Part shown: piece after piece, positions 20,778-30,374 of the stretch
Layout of the letters: each line of letters starts with the position of its first letter
Position numbering within the stretch: the stretch's first letter is position 1
IMG/VR virus record: IMGVR_UViG_3300028559_000034
Coordinates: 4,533-68,532 of that record
Origin: a virus
DNA: 64,000 nt
Direction: 5' to 3' (one strand)
Made by a program: the position numbers and the translations under genes
The notes under the pieces: model-generated
The model's input: the letters and a program-made list of their open reading frames with translations, nothing else
Databases searched by the model: none
What the model was told of the DNA's origin: nothing

Positions 20778-21044
20778 TATTTATTTAACATCAACCATTC
20801 TATTTCTTTGTTAAGTTTATCCTTTGATGCTTGAGGTAGTTCTAATTTTGATAAAAATTCACATTTTTCATATTCCTCTTATTAGTTCCACACTCTCTTT
20901 TTAAGAAAGAATAATCACCATCTTTCAAAAGATAATACACATCATCAAATGTTTTAAAACTATTCGCAATTTTAATCACCTTTCATCACAATTTTTATTT
21001 GGCAAATCTAAATATTCTTTTTTCAAATAACCGATACGTTTCAT
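20778..21044 (-). pseudogene. Frameshifted small gene remnant
   Basis: Protein-like pieces in shifting frames (MKRIGYLKKEYLDL..., VIKIANSFKTFDDVYYLL..., EEYEKCEFLSKLELP...*) fill an otherwise ORF-less gap. Confidence 0.4.
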
Positions 21045-21055
21045 AATATTAAGTT

Positions 21056-21820
21056 TCATATATGTTTATTTTTAAATCCTATATTTGGTATGGATTTATT
21101 TATTATTTTAAGTAAATCCTCTTTTGATAGTGAATATAATTTTTGTAAATTATTTAAATTTACCTGATATGTTTTAGAATCCGGGGCCCCCCTTTCATGC
21201 CAAAGATGATAGCAAGTCGTACCCATTTGTTCATAACAATTAAGGAATACTTTTGATTTGTGAGATTGATAATCATCTTCTCCACCCCAACCATAGAATG
21301 AATTTTCATCCCATCCACCTATCTTAATTATAGATTCTTTTCTATACATAATTATACCACCTGCTAAACAAATTTTTTGTATATCTGTTTCTCCTCTACC
21401 TGGTCTACTTATTTTAGCCATTTGGTCTAAATTCATATTGACTTCATTAGGATTTAAGTCGATAACTCTACTATAAGGTGATACACACTCATAATTATCT
21501 AATTGCTTTAGAGCTTCTATCATCTTATGTGGATCCATAATTAAGTCACAATCTCCAAAAACTATTGTGTTTGTTGTTGAATATTGTAAACCAACATTAA
21601 AAGCCCACGCCTTATTAAAAGGAATATCTGATTTTGTAAAGATATATTTTATACCTTTAAGTGTGAAACTTGGTAGTTTAGGAGATTTATCTTGTTCTAC
21701 TATTATTATTTCTACTCCTCCAAATCCTGATACCCAATCTAATACTCTTCTTAAATTGTGTATTCTATCATTTCTATGTTTGTATGCTATTATAAATGTG
21801 AATAAATGTGAATGTGCCAA
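21056..21820 (-). CDS. GT-A glycosyltransferase (GT2/GT7 galactosyltransferase-like)
   Basis: IIIVEQD, FNKAWAFNVG, DCD (DxD), GGWDE..YGWGGEDD, HLWH; TTG start. Confidence 0.88.
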   Translation of the reverse strand: MAHSHLFTFIIAYKHRNDRIHNLRRVLDWVSGFGGVEIIIVEQDKSPKLPSFTLKGIKYIFTKSDIPFNKAWAFNVGLQYSTTNTIVFGDCDLIMDPHKMIEALKQLDNYECVSPYSRVIDLNPNEVNMNLDQMAKISRPGRGETDIQKICLAGGIIMYRKESIIKIGGWDENSFYGWGGEDDYQSHKSKVFLNCYEQMGTTCYHLWHERGAPDSKTYQVNLNNLQKLYSLSKEDLLKIINKSIPNIGFKNKHI

Positions 21821-21888
21821 ATTTAATTTTCTATTTTATATTAAAAAATTATTTATTTGTTGAATATATTAAATATAGAAAAAGATAT

Positions 21889-22425
21889 TTAGATAGATAT
21901 TCTTATCTTATCATATTTCATTAAAAGATTGTACATTTTATCAAATTCAACGTCAACATTAGCAACTCTTCTTTCCATCCATCTATTATTTGAAAAACAT
22001 TCAACAATCATTCCTTTCTTAAAATCTTCTTTCTTCTTTGGAAAGAAGTATAATTGTTTATCAACAAAAGAAAATGATAGTCCTTCATGTATATAAGATT
22101 TATTATTGGAATCTGTATTAAACATTAATATAGCTAGTTGTCTCTCTTGACCATTTCTAAAAATTCTAACAGGTGTTAATTCATCTTTATACTTAACTAT
22201 AATAGAATCTTGATCAAAGTGTTCCATAATATGGAGACAATCATTTCTTAATTGATTATGATCTAAAGAATTAAAAGCTAATAGAGAATCTCCAAATTTA
22301 TCCTGATAATACTCTTTAATATCAAGTAAAAAATATTCTCTAGAATATAAATATGAGGTTAAGCTTTTGATATTATCAGATGATAATAAAATATATGATA
22401 TCTGAGCATTTTTCAAATCTAACAT
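21889..22425 (-). CDS. Hypothetical protein
   Basis: 178-aa ORF; TAATATATA at 22430-22438. Confidence 0.7.
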   Translation of the reverse strand: MLDLKNAQISYILLSSDNIKSLTSYLYSREYFLLDIKEYYQDKFGDSLLAFNSLDHNQLRNDCLHIMEHFDQDSIIVKYKDELTPVRIFRNGQERQLAILMFNTDSNNKSYIHEGLSFSFVDKQLYFFPKKKEDFKKGMIVECFSNNRWMERRVANVDVEFDKMYNLLMKYDKIRISI

Positions 22426-22440
22426 AGTCTATATATTAAC

Positions 22441-22590
22441 TTAAACAATCACATAAATTTTTAATAAATCGTAAATTGATAGATTCTTAATTGAAGAAAA
22501 ATAATCACATGCTTGTTCGTATTGATAACAATCAAATTTTAAAATCACATCAATATCATTATGAATTTGTTTTAGATAAAATGTTTTCAT
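22441..22590 (-). CDS. Small hypothetical protein (49 aa)
   Basis: Hand translation MKTFYLKQIHNDIDVILKFDCYQYEQACDYFSSIKNLSIYDLLKIYVIV*; fills the gap. Confidence 0.55.
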   Translation of the reverse strand: MKTFYLKQIHNDIDVILKFDCYQYEQACDYFSSIKNLSIYDLLKIYVIV

Positions 22591-22617
22591 AATATTATAT
22601 ATTTATATAAGTAAAAA

Positions 22618-23832
22618 TTATTTATCAAAATGTTCGAAAATTTCATTAAAAAAGATATTTGATACAATATCTTTCCATTTTTTTTGAACAATTATAGAAT
22701 CGTGTACAGTAATTATTTTTATATCCATATTTAAATCCATAATTCGTCTTATTACACAATTAAATATTAAGTTAGACTCGGCTTTTTGTAAATCATAAGC
22801 TAATATCTTATAATCACTATTTTCTTTTTTATATAATTTTATAAAATTATGAATACTTGGAAATAATGATTGAAATAATTTATCAGATTTAGAATTTATT
22901 CTATTATGACCAAATAATACCTTATATGTTAATTTTTTAGCTTCTGATTTATCCTTTATTTCTAAATTATCAATCAAATATTGATAATAATTACCACCTT
23001 TAACTAAAATTGAAAATAGTTTAAATTCATCTTCTTTAACCCATCTTGTATCAGAATCTTTAATAAGCTTACATAAAAATAAAGGTTGACTATTATTAAT
23101 ATCAATTTCACAAGTTTCTTCATCATCTATTAAAAGACAATTTTTACGAATAAAAGATTTAAGAATTGTGAAATTTGTATGCATCCTACCATATGAATCA
23201 AAATGATAAAATATATGTTTGTCATTTATTGAATCTACTGAATATTTATTTCTATTATAAATATCAATATCATCATTTTTAAGAAGATCTAAATAAAAAA
23301 TAGATCTTTCAAATTGAATTTTAACGCTATATAAATCTGAAACTAATTTAGATTTTATATCTTTATGTATTATACTAGATTTATCTAATTCAAATTGAAG
23401 ATGTTTTACAATATATTTTTTTATTAAAACTTTATCAAAATTTTTATATCTATAAATATGACTAGTTAGAATATTTTCATTTAATCCATATATTCTTGAA
23501 TTGGATCCTTTAAGGTAATTTTTCTGAAGTTTTAAAATATCATTATCTCTTAAAAAATTTATATAATAATTATATAAATATCCATATTTATCCTTTAATA
23601 TAACAGAAGATAATATAAAAGAATTTTCTTTTTTAAAATAATATTTTAATAGTAAATTATGAACTATATCAATAATATAAGCTGTTTTTAACTTATGTTC
23701 TTTATATTGAAAGTTTGTATTTTTTGACAACTCTACTAGGACTTCTGGTAAAAATTGTAAGCTGTTTTTTTTGTTACGAGGTGATACCTTTAACATCACA
23801 TTATTAAGGCAAATATTCTTATCTAAAACCAT
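22618..23832 (-). CDS. Family-A polymerase palm-like protein
   Basis: GRMHT, EIDINNSQP (motif A-like), K...YKVLFG (motif B-like), LQKAES, TVHDSII (motif C-like). Confidence 0.6.
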   Translation of the reverse strand: MVLDKNICLNNVMLKVSPRNKKNSLQFLPEVLVELSKNTNFQYKEHKLKTAYIIDIVHNLLLKYYFKKENSFILSSVILKDKYGYLYNYYINFLRDNDILKLQKNYLKGSNSRIYGLNENILTSHIYRYKNFDKVLIKKYIVKHLQFELDKSSIIHKDIKSKLVSDLYSVKIQFERSIFYLDLLKNDDIDIYNRNKYSVDSINDKHIFYHFDSYGRMHTNFTILKSFIRKNCLLIDDEETCEIDINNSQPLFLCKLIKDSDTRWVKEDEFKLFSILVKGGNYYQYLIDNLEIKDKSEAKKLTYKVLFGHNRINSKSDKLFQSLFPSIHNFIKLYKKENSDYKILAYDLQKAESNLIFNCVIRRIMDLNMDIKIITVHDSIIVQKKWKDIVSNIFFNEIFEHFDK

Positions 23833-23861
23833 ATAGATTATATTCTATAATTTGTATTAGA

Positions 23862-25175
23862 TTACTTTTTAGATTTAAATTTTCCTTTCTTTTTATCAGA
23901 AGTCGGATCTTTCTCAAAAGTATCATAAATATCAGGATAAACTTGTCCATCAGCATCTTTATCATAGGCAATAGAGAAGAAATCTCCAAAATCCAAAAGA
24001 CCACCTCTAGTAAGATCAGTCTCTTTTAATTTATTTAAAAAAATATCAAGTAGAGTATCTATTTTTTCAATAAATAAATTAAAAAGTATAATCGTATTTT
24101 CAGTAAAAATACCAATCGGCTTTTTTCTTTTCTTATTAAAAGATCCAAGTATCACTTTAAAAATATATTCTAATTTATCTGATTCCCCAATAATCTCATT
24201 AGTCATTTTATTAGGAATTAATTCTTTATTTATTTTGAACTTATCTTTATCAAAAAATTCTGGTATAGTGAAATCAAAATTTAATAAATCCTCTTTAACA
24301 TCACTAACATAAACATTAAAAAGCTTACAAATTAAGTAAATATATGCCTCATCTCTTCTAACACCTTTAATTTTAATTTCATCTATATTAATACTTTGAC
24401 AAAAATTTAAAAAATTAAAAAGAATTAAAGTATATACTTCAACAAATTCAGTTGAATTTTCAGAGCTAATTCTTTGATAAAGAGGATTTAAAATTTCAAA
24501 AGTAATATTATTATTTGATGCTGTTCTAATAACAATTTTTTGAAGATTTTTTTGAAAATCTTCATCCATTAAAAATGATCCTTCTGATTGAGGATTAAGT
24601 ATTTTATAGAAAAAGAATGAAAAAGACTTTTCACCAAAAACATATTCTAAATCTTTTTCAGAAGTATTAAGAAAATATTTAAGAGCCTCTTTCATTTGAT
24701 CGGATAATCTTCCTTCAAAAATAACAGGCAAACAATCAACATTAAATAATCTAGAATACTCTCTTAATTCATCTATATCATACTGATATTTTCCATTTTT
24801 ACAAATAGATGCCAACACCAATCCATTTTTAGGAACTCTACTATATTCAATATTAGCGGGTTGATTATCTGGAAAATATTCAAAACAAAACCACCAATTC
24901 TTTGGCATTAATCCTTTTATTCTATTATCAAATGTATTAAAATAATTTATAGATGGATTATAATAATTTTGCATAGCTAAATCAATTAGATTAATAGCCT
25001 CACTTGATATAGATTTAGGTTTTATTATAAAAGAATTGCCGTTCCAATTAACCCAAATTTTAGATCCTTGGACATCTTCATAGACGATTATATCATCACT
25101 GAATATATCATCTAAAACTTTATCATCTTGTCCATTTAATGTGATTAATTTACTCATATCATTATTATAATCCAC
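23862..25175 (-). CDS. RNA-ligase-fold protein with degenerate active site
   Basis: VYEDVQGSKI in place of E-K-x-(D/H)-G; FEYF, LPVIFEG, IVIR follow in ligase order. Confidence 0.5.
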   Translation of the reverse strand: MDYNNDMSKLITLNGQDDKVLDDIFSDDIIVYEDVQGSKIWVNWNGNSFIIKPKSISSEAINLIDLAMQNYYNPSINYFNTFDNRIKGLMPKNWWFCFEYFPDNQPANIEYSRVPKNGLVLASICKNGKYQYDIDELREYSRLFNVDCLPVIFEGRLSDQMKEALKYFLNTSEKDLEYVFGEKSFSFFFYKILNPQSEGSFLMDEDFQKNLQKIVIRTASNNNITFEILNPLYQRISSENSTEFVEVYTLILFNFLNFCQSINIDEIKIKGVRRDEAYIYLICKLFNVYVSDVKEDLLNFDFTIPEFFDKDKFKINKELIPNKMTNEIIGESDKLEYIFKVILGSFNKKRKKPIGIFTENTIILFNLFIEKIDTLLDIFLNKLKETDLTRGGLLDFGDFFSIAYDKDADGQVYPDIYDTFEKDPTSDKKKGKFKSKK

Positions 25176-25272
25176 TTTTATTATTTTGTTTTTATCTACT
25201 TGTATAAAGATTAGAAAATCTTTAATATTTCAAATACTATTTTTAATATATATAAAAAAATGATGTTCGATA

Positions 25273-26349
25273 ATGAGATTTAAAAAATTTGAAGAATTCC
25301 AAGAAAAGGATCTCGAACCTATTAAATCATTCTATTTAAAAGATGAATTGAATCCAAAGATTTGGAGTAATTTTGAACTTGATGAAAAAGTGAGGGAAAA
25401 TCTATTACAAATTGCTCAAGATTTTTATAACTCAACTGAATTAGAAGCTGATGTTAAAGACATTATACTAACAGGATCTTTGGCTAATTATAATTGGTCT
25501 GAAAAATATTCAGACTATGATTTACATATATTAATTGATTTTGATGATGTTGATGATAATATAGAATTAGTTAAAAAATTTGTAGATGGTGCTAAGAAAA
25601 ATTGGAATGATGGACATGATATTAAAATTAAAGGATATGAAGTAGAAATTTATATACAAGATATTGATGAACCACATAAATCTAGTGGTGTTTTTTCAGT
25701 AAAGAAAAATAAATGGAAAGTAAAGCCAACAAAAGTAGAATTTATTCCTGATGAAGATGCTATATCCGAAAAATCTAAATCAATAATGATGTCTATTGAC
25801 TCTATTGAAGAACAAGTTGATAATGATAAATATTCTGAATTTAAAGAAAAAATTGATAAAGTTTGGAATAAAATAAAAAGACAAAGACAATCTGGATTAG
25901 AAGAAGGTGGTGAATTTGGATTAGGAAATCTTGTTTTTAAATTATTAAGAAGAAATGGATATCTTGGTAAGATAATGGAACTTAAAAGATATGCTTATGA
26001 TAAACAATTTGAATCAATTAACGAGTGGTATGATGACACTATTTTAAACTTTTTCTATGAACTAGACAAATTTTCTAAAAAATGTGATGAAGATAGTGAT
26101 GAAAGTTGGTCACAGTTTTTAAATTATACCTATAAAGAAGATAGTCATATAATAGAAATTGAATATGGTGGATCTGGGTATTCAGAAGGATTCCATCAAG
26201 ATTGGATCATAGACTTTAGTGATATAGAAGAAATAGTTGTTAAAAGAAGAGAAAGCCACAGTGGACCAGAAGGAAGTAATGAATATGAAGATGATATGAA
26301 ATTTTCATCTTTTGAAGAATTATTACAAGAAATAAAAGAATATTTTTAA
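25273..26349 (+). CDS. Pol-beta-superfamily nucleotidyltransferase with leader MRFKKFEEFQE
   Basis: LTGSLANYNWS..SDYDLH (GS...DxD) and EVEIYIQD; extra acidic C-terminal domain after FESINE. Confidence 0.82.
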   Translation: MRFKKFEEFQEKDLEPIKSFYLKDELNPKIWSNFELDEKVRENLLQIAQDFYNSTELEADVKDIILTGSLANYNWSEKYSDYDLHILIDFDDVDDNIELVKKFVDGAKKNWNDGHDIKIKGYEVEIYIQDIDEPHKSSGVFSVKKNKWKVKPTKVEFIPDEDAISEKSKSIMMSIDSIEEQVDNDKYSEFKEKIDKVWNKIKRQRQSGLEEGGEFGLGNLVFKLLRRNGYLGKIMELKRYAYDKQFESINEWYDDTILNFFYELDKFSKKCDEDSDESWSQFLNYTYKEDSHIIEIEYGGSGYSEGFHQDWIIDFSDIEEIVVKRRESHSGPEGSNEYEDDMKFSSFEELLQEIKEYF

Positions 26350-26350
26350 T

Positions 26351-27040
26351 ATGATAAGAATAGCCGAAATAGAACAAACATTTAAAGACATCTTTGAGGA
26401 AGAAGAAGGATTAGTACAGTCAGTTGAAACAACTTATGAAATGTCAGGTAATGAAGAATTTTATAAATTAGTTATATCAATACACAGTCTATCGATAGAA
26501 GATACTCTAATAATACATACTAAATTTATTTTCAAAACGGATTTAGAAAAAAGAAATATTATTGATAATTCTTTTATTTACTTATATGATATAAATTGTA
26601 ACTATCATAAAGTGGATTTTACTAATATAGTTAATATGAAAAATAAAATAGAAGACATTATAGAATCTAATGATTTCGGAGAAGATATTCAAATTCTTTC
26701 AGATTTTATAGAAGCACCTGCAATGTTTTTAAATTATTATATGAGAAGAGCTAAAATTACAGATTATTCAATTTTTGATGTAAAATATGAGCCTAAATTT
26801 AAAACCACACCATGTGATAAAACTACATTTGATTTTGAAATAGATGTAAATAATAATTATAAAATTCTTTTATCAATCTATAAAATAGATAGAAAAAGTG
26901 ATGAGGAAAGTAATGATACATATAGATATCAATTTAAATTTATGGAGGATATTGAAACCATCGAAAATGATACTATAAGAAATATACACTTTACAATTGG
27001 TTCAAATATTGCTAGAATATTAGATAAAAAATTAAAATAA
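26351..27040 (+). CDS. Hypothetical protein
   Basis: 229-aa ORF in a tightly packed operon. Confidence 0.75.
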   Translation: MIRIAEIEQTFKDIFEEEEGLVQSVETTYEMSGNEEFYKLVISIHSLSIEDTLIIHTKFIFKTDLEKRNIIDNSFIYLYDINCNYHKVDFTNIVNMKNKIEDIIESNDFGEDIQILSDFIEAPAMFLNYYMRRAKITDYSIFDVKYEPKFKTTPCDKTTFDFEIDVNNNYKILLSIYKIDRKSDEESNDTYRYQFKFMEDIETIENDTIRNIHFTIGSNIARILDKKLK

Positions 27041-27041
27041 T

Positions 27042-27860
27042 ATGAGAAGATTAAAACACTTTTTTGAAAGCTCATACGTAAGAAACAACTCAAAAACTGA
27101 AGAACTTATTAAGTCTATTTGGTTTATAACCGAAGATGAAATATTTGAATCATTTTCTGAATTACATGATGGAATAGATGTAGATATTAGTATCAATTTC
27201 TATTTAAAAGGTAAGAATTTTAAATATGAATTAAATAAAGATTCGACTATCGATACACCACAAGGTCAATTAAATTTAGAAAGAATAGAAGCTTATGCTG
27301 CATCGGGATTAACACCTTATTTTGAAATAGATATCATAAAGAATAATAAAAAAGAAAGTGATAGAAAAATGCATGCTTATGCAATCGAATCTTTACATCA
27401 AATAGAAGAATATTCTTTATTTGACATAAAAAGAGGATTAGGATATTTAAAACTATATCTTAAATTAGATGATAATAGTCAGCAATATAAATCATTTTAT
27501 CATAAAAAATCAGCACGTTCATTTAATTCTTTATTTTCAGAATTTAGAAAATATGGATATGATGTAGTTGTTAGTAGATCTTTTGCAAAAGATAATAAAT
27601 TAAATCTAATGTATTCAAATGGTTCTAAAAAATTATATTATATAACATTAGAAAAAACTAATAAAATTGAACTAAAGATGATAGATGAACTATCAACTAT
27701 TAAATCAGAATTAATAAATTTAAAAAATCAATTAAATAGACTACCTGATATATATCATATTGATGAGTTGTTTGATATTAAAACGGTAGAAGATAAAGAT
27801 AGACCATCAATGAAAGGTCAAATTCTAACACAATTTACATTATATGTTTATGAAAAATAA
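27042..27860 (+). CDS. Hypothetical protein with leader MRRLKHFFES
   Basis: 272-aa ORF. Confidence 0.75.
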   Translation: MRRLKHFFESSYVRNNSKTEELIKSIWFITEDEIFESFSELHDGIDVDISINFYLKGKNFKYELNKDSTIDTPQGQLNLERIEAYAASGLTPYFEIDIIKNNKKESDRKMHAYAIESLHQIEEYSLFDIKRGLGYLKLYLKLDDNSQQYKSFYHKKSARSFNSLFSEFRKYGYDVVVSRSFAKDNKLNLMYSNGSKKLYYITLEKTNKIELKMIDELSTIKSELINLKNQLNRLPDIYHIDELFDIKTVEDKDRPSMKGQILTQFTLYVYEK

Positions 27861-28560
27861 AATATTAAAATTTATAGAGTTATTAAAAGAAGCTCATGAA
27901 GATGATGAATTAGATCTAAAAGATATAACTCTAGATTTAAGTGACGAATTAATAGAATTTGAAATACATAAAGGATATTTTAGTAAGCAAGCATTAGATA
28001 AAGGTCAAGTTGGTGAAAAAGTTTTAAATATTTTACATAATACTCCAATTTATGAAGATGATAAATATTGTTTTTGTATTCAAATACAATTAAACCAATT
28101 AAAAGATACTCTCAAATTAGGAGATAGATTTGGCAAAAGAAGACTTATTAAAGATAAAAAAATATTTATAATATTTAGGGAATTATATCAAATATCAGAA
28201 AGATATGATAATTGTTTTATACATATAAATGATGGATCTGGATCACTTGCATATTATCCATCTATATACTTATTTATATTATTAGAAACTGATGTAGATA
28301 AAAGTGTTACTAAGATAATGCAGGTATTCAAAGAAATTAAAAGTAGGAATTCATCATCAAAAAGTGATTTTAGTAATACCACCAAAGTTAGATTAGAAGA
28401 TGATAAAATAGTAATAACATCACTAAGTTGGGATTATACAGATAGAAAATTTAGAGGACTAATTAAAGATATCGATCTAAGTGATTTTAATATTGAGAAA
28501 ACTGAAGAAGGAACTCCTTTAAGTGGATCAGTAATAAATACAATAAGTAAAAAAATATAA
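27850..28560 (+). CDS. Hypothetical protein with leader MKNKILKFIELLKE
   Basis: Second ATG chosen because it starts the shared leader. Confidence 0.7.
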   Translation: MKNKILKFIELLKEAHEDDELDLKDITLDLSDELIEFEIHKGYFSKQALDKGQVGEKVLNILHNTPIYEDDKYCFCIQIQLNQLKDTLKLGDRFGKRRLIKDKKIFIIFRELYQISERYDNCFIHINDGSGSLAYYPSIYLFILLETDVDKSVTKIMQVFKEIKSRNSSSKSDFSNTTKVRLEDDKIVITSLSWDYTDRKFRGLIKDIDLSDFNIEKTEEGTPLSGSVINTISKKI

Positions 28561-28568
28561 TAATAAAA

Positions 28569-29012
28569 ATGAATTATTTAAAAAAATATAAATTATTTAA
28601 TGAGTCTATTGATGATATAAAAGATAGTCTTTTAGAATTAAAAGATGATGATTGGATTGTACAACATGAAAAATTTGATATTTCTAGTGACTTTGCATTC
28701 ACTGATGAATTTTTAATATTTAAAAGAGGTAAAAGTGGATACTATCTAGATAACACCGAATGTGAGCTTTTTAATATTAACGAAGTTATAAATAATGTAA
28801 TAAGATTTGTAAATATGTGTAAAATTGATGATTATAAATATAGAATTATAACAAATGATGGTCAATACACACTTGATATTACAAAAAAAATAAATGAGTT
28901 AGATCAAGTTGATATTAGTGATGTTGTTGGGAATACACATCTTCATTTTAAGAAAAAAACTAATATTGACCTAGAAAATATTAAATTCATTTCATGTCAA
29001 ATATTAAAATAA
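28569..29012 (+). CDS. Hypothetical protein with leader MNYLKKYKLFNES
   Basis: 147-aa ORF. Confidence 0.75.
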   Translation: MNYLKKYKLFNESIDDIKDSLLELKDDDWIVQHEKFDISSDFAFTDEFLIFKRGKSGYYLDNTECELFNINEVINNVIRFVNMCKIDDYKYRIITNDGQYTLDITKKINELDQVDISDVVGNTHLHFKKKTNIDLENIKFISCQILK

Positions 29013-29039
29013 AACCCATCTAAAGATGGGTTTTATTTT
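29006..29039. terminator. Bidirectional terminator
   Basis: aaaataaaacccatc-taaa-gatgggttttatttt between convergent genes. Confidence 0.85.
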
Positions 29040-29046
29040 TTATCTT

Positions 29047-29724
29047 TTAATTTAGTAATTCAATTTTACCTCGACTAAAATCTTTAAAAGAACATTGTTT
29101 ACCAGTTTCGTGATCTACAACTAAATCTTCTTTTATTCTATAAGATCTTTTCTTATTTGATCTAGAACCCTTACCAACCTGATCTAATCGATTTTGATAA
29201 GATTTCTTATTCCATTTTTCTTCTTCAATAGATCTTAATTTCTCTTCAAGTCTTTGAAAAGCCAAATCTTCATTCTTTTTTTGATCTCTAGTATCTTGAC
29301 ATTTAATTTGAATACCAGTTGGCTTATGTGTTAATATAACACAACTAGATACTTTATTAACATTTTGGCCACCAGCACCACTACTTCGAGTATATTGTTT
29401 AGTGACTTCATTACGATTAAAATTATATTCTAATTTATCGCTTGGATCAATTATCGCAACTGTAATTATTGAAGTTTGTGTTCTACCATTTTTTTCAGTT
29501 GGTGGAATACGTAGCCAACGATGTGGTCCACTTTCATTTTTGAAGAATGTTTTAACTTTTTTACCAGTAATTCAGATAGATGAGAATCCATCTCTATTAA
29601 TAACTTCATAATTAAAGTTATTAACTCGTGATGTTTTGAGATAAATATCTCTTAAATCTTCTACAAGAAGTTTTGAATCTTGTCCGCCTTCAGCGGCTCT
29701 TATTTCTATAATAATTTGCTCCAT
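29047..29724 (-). CDS. RF1-like class I peptide chain release factor lacking domain 1, with in-frame TGA at codon 51
   Basis: Hand translation: [20 protein letters not shown]...[40 protein letters not shown]...[34 protein letters not shown]...RSNKKRSY. One frame of 225 codons plus stop; TGA at 29574-29572. Confidence 0.9.
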
Positions 29725-29820
29725 GACTTTATTTTTTAATTTTTAGACAATAAATTGTTTGTAAGTGATTTTTTACTCACTTTACGCTAATAGTTATGTA
29801 GTCATAGTTTCATAATAATA

Positions 29821-29852
29821 CAAATATATAGTTTTATATATTAAGATCCAAA
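29821..29852 (-). promoter_or_regulatory. Bacteroidota-type promoter for the release factor transcript
   Basis: TTTG (29852-29849), 20-nt spacer, TATATTTG (29828-29821). Confidence 0.7.
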
Positions 29853-29907
29853 TAGTTGTTCTAATAAAAAATATATTAAGATCCAAATAGTTGTTCTAAT
29901 AAAAAAT
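29836..29907. repeat. 35-bp tandem duplication
   Basis: atatattaagatccaaatagttgttctaataaaaa at 29836-29870 and 29871-29905. Confidence 0.9.
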
Positions 29908-30334
29908 CTCTTTTAATCTCTTTAGGTAAAAGATCCACAATTTGGTTCTTTCCTTGAAGTGGATTTTGATCCCTACTAGAAATATCAAATATTAATTTTA
30001 ATCTTTCATCTTTTGACGTATTTGTATCATAATAAAATCTCCTCTTTCCAAGACTTACACCTGATTTATTCTCAAGCCAAATCTTATCTATAAGGTGATT
30101 TTTTACTAAACACCATAAAATATAATTATTACTATACTTTAATATCCAAAATGAGTCAGACTTAGGATGAATCTTTTCAATTTTAACAGAAACTCTTTTC
30201 CCATCTCTATACTCAAATTTAGTATCTTCATTATCAAGCATCATAATAGATTCATAAGTGATAGGATTATATCCTGGCTTATGAAAATTAGTTTTCTTAA
30301 AACCTAAATCTTTAAGTTTTTTATGAGCATTCAT
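29876..30334 (-). CDS. Hypothetical protein
   Basis: 152-aa ORF; TATATTTG at 30346-30339. Confidence 0.75.
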   Translation of the reverse strand: MNAHKKLKDLGFKKTNFHKPGYNPITYESIMMLDNEDTKFEYRDGKRVSVKIEKIHPKSDSFWILKYSNNYILWCLVKNHLIDKIWLENKSGVSLGKRRFYYDTNTSKDERLKLIFDISSRDQNPLQGKNQIVDLLPKEIKRDFLLEQLFGS

Positions 30335-30374
30335 TTTACAAATATAATTATTTATATATAGTTATATATAGTTT

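Noticed and set aside
29572-29574. Selenocysteine decoding of the RF UGA
   Set aside because: No convincing SECIS-like hairpin directly downstream, and the position is not a catalytic Cys site in release factors.
29047-29611. Track ORFs 29047-29265 (-) and 29402-29611 (+) as separate genes
   Set aside because: The first is the C-terminal part of the RF frame; the second is its antisense shadow.
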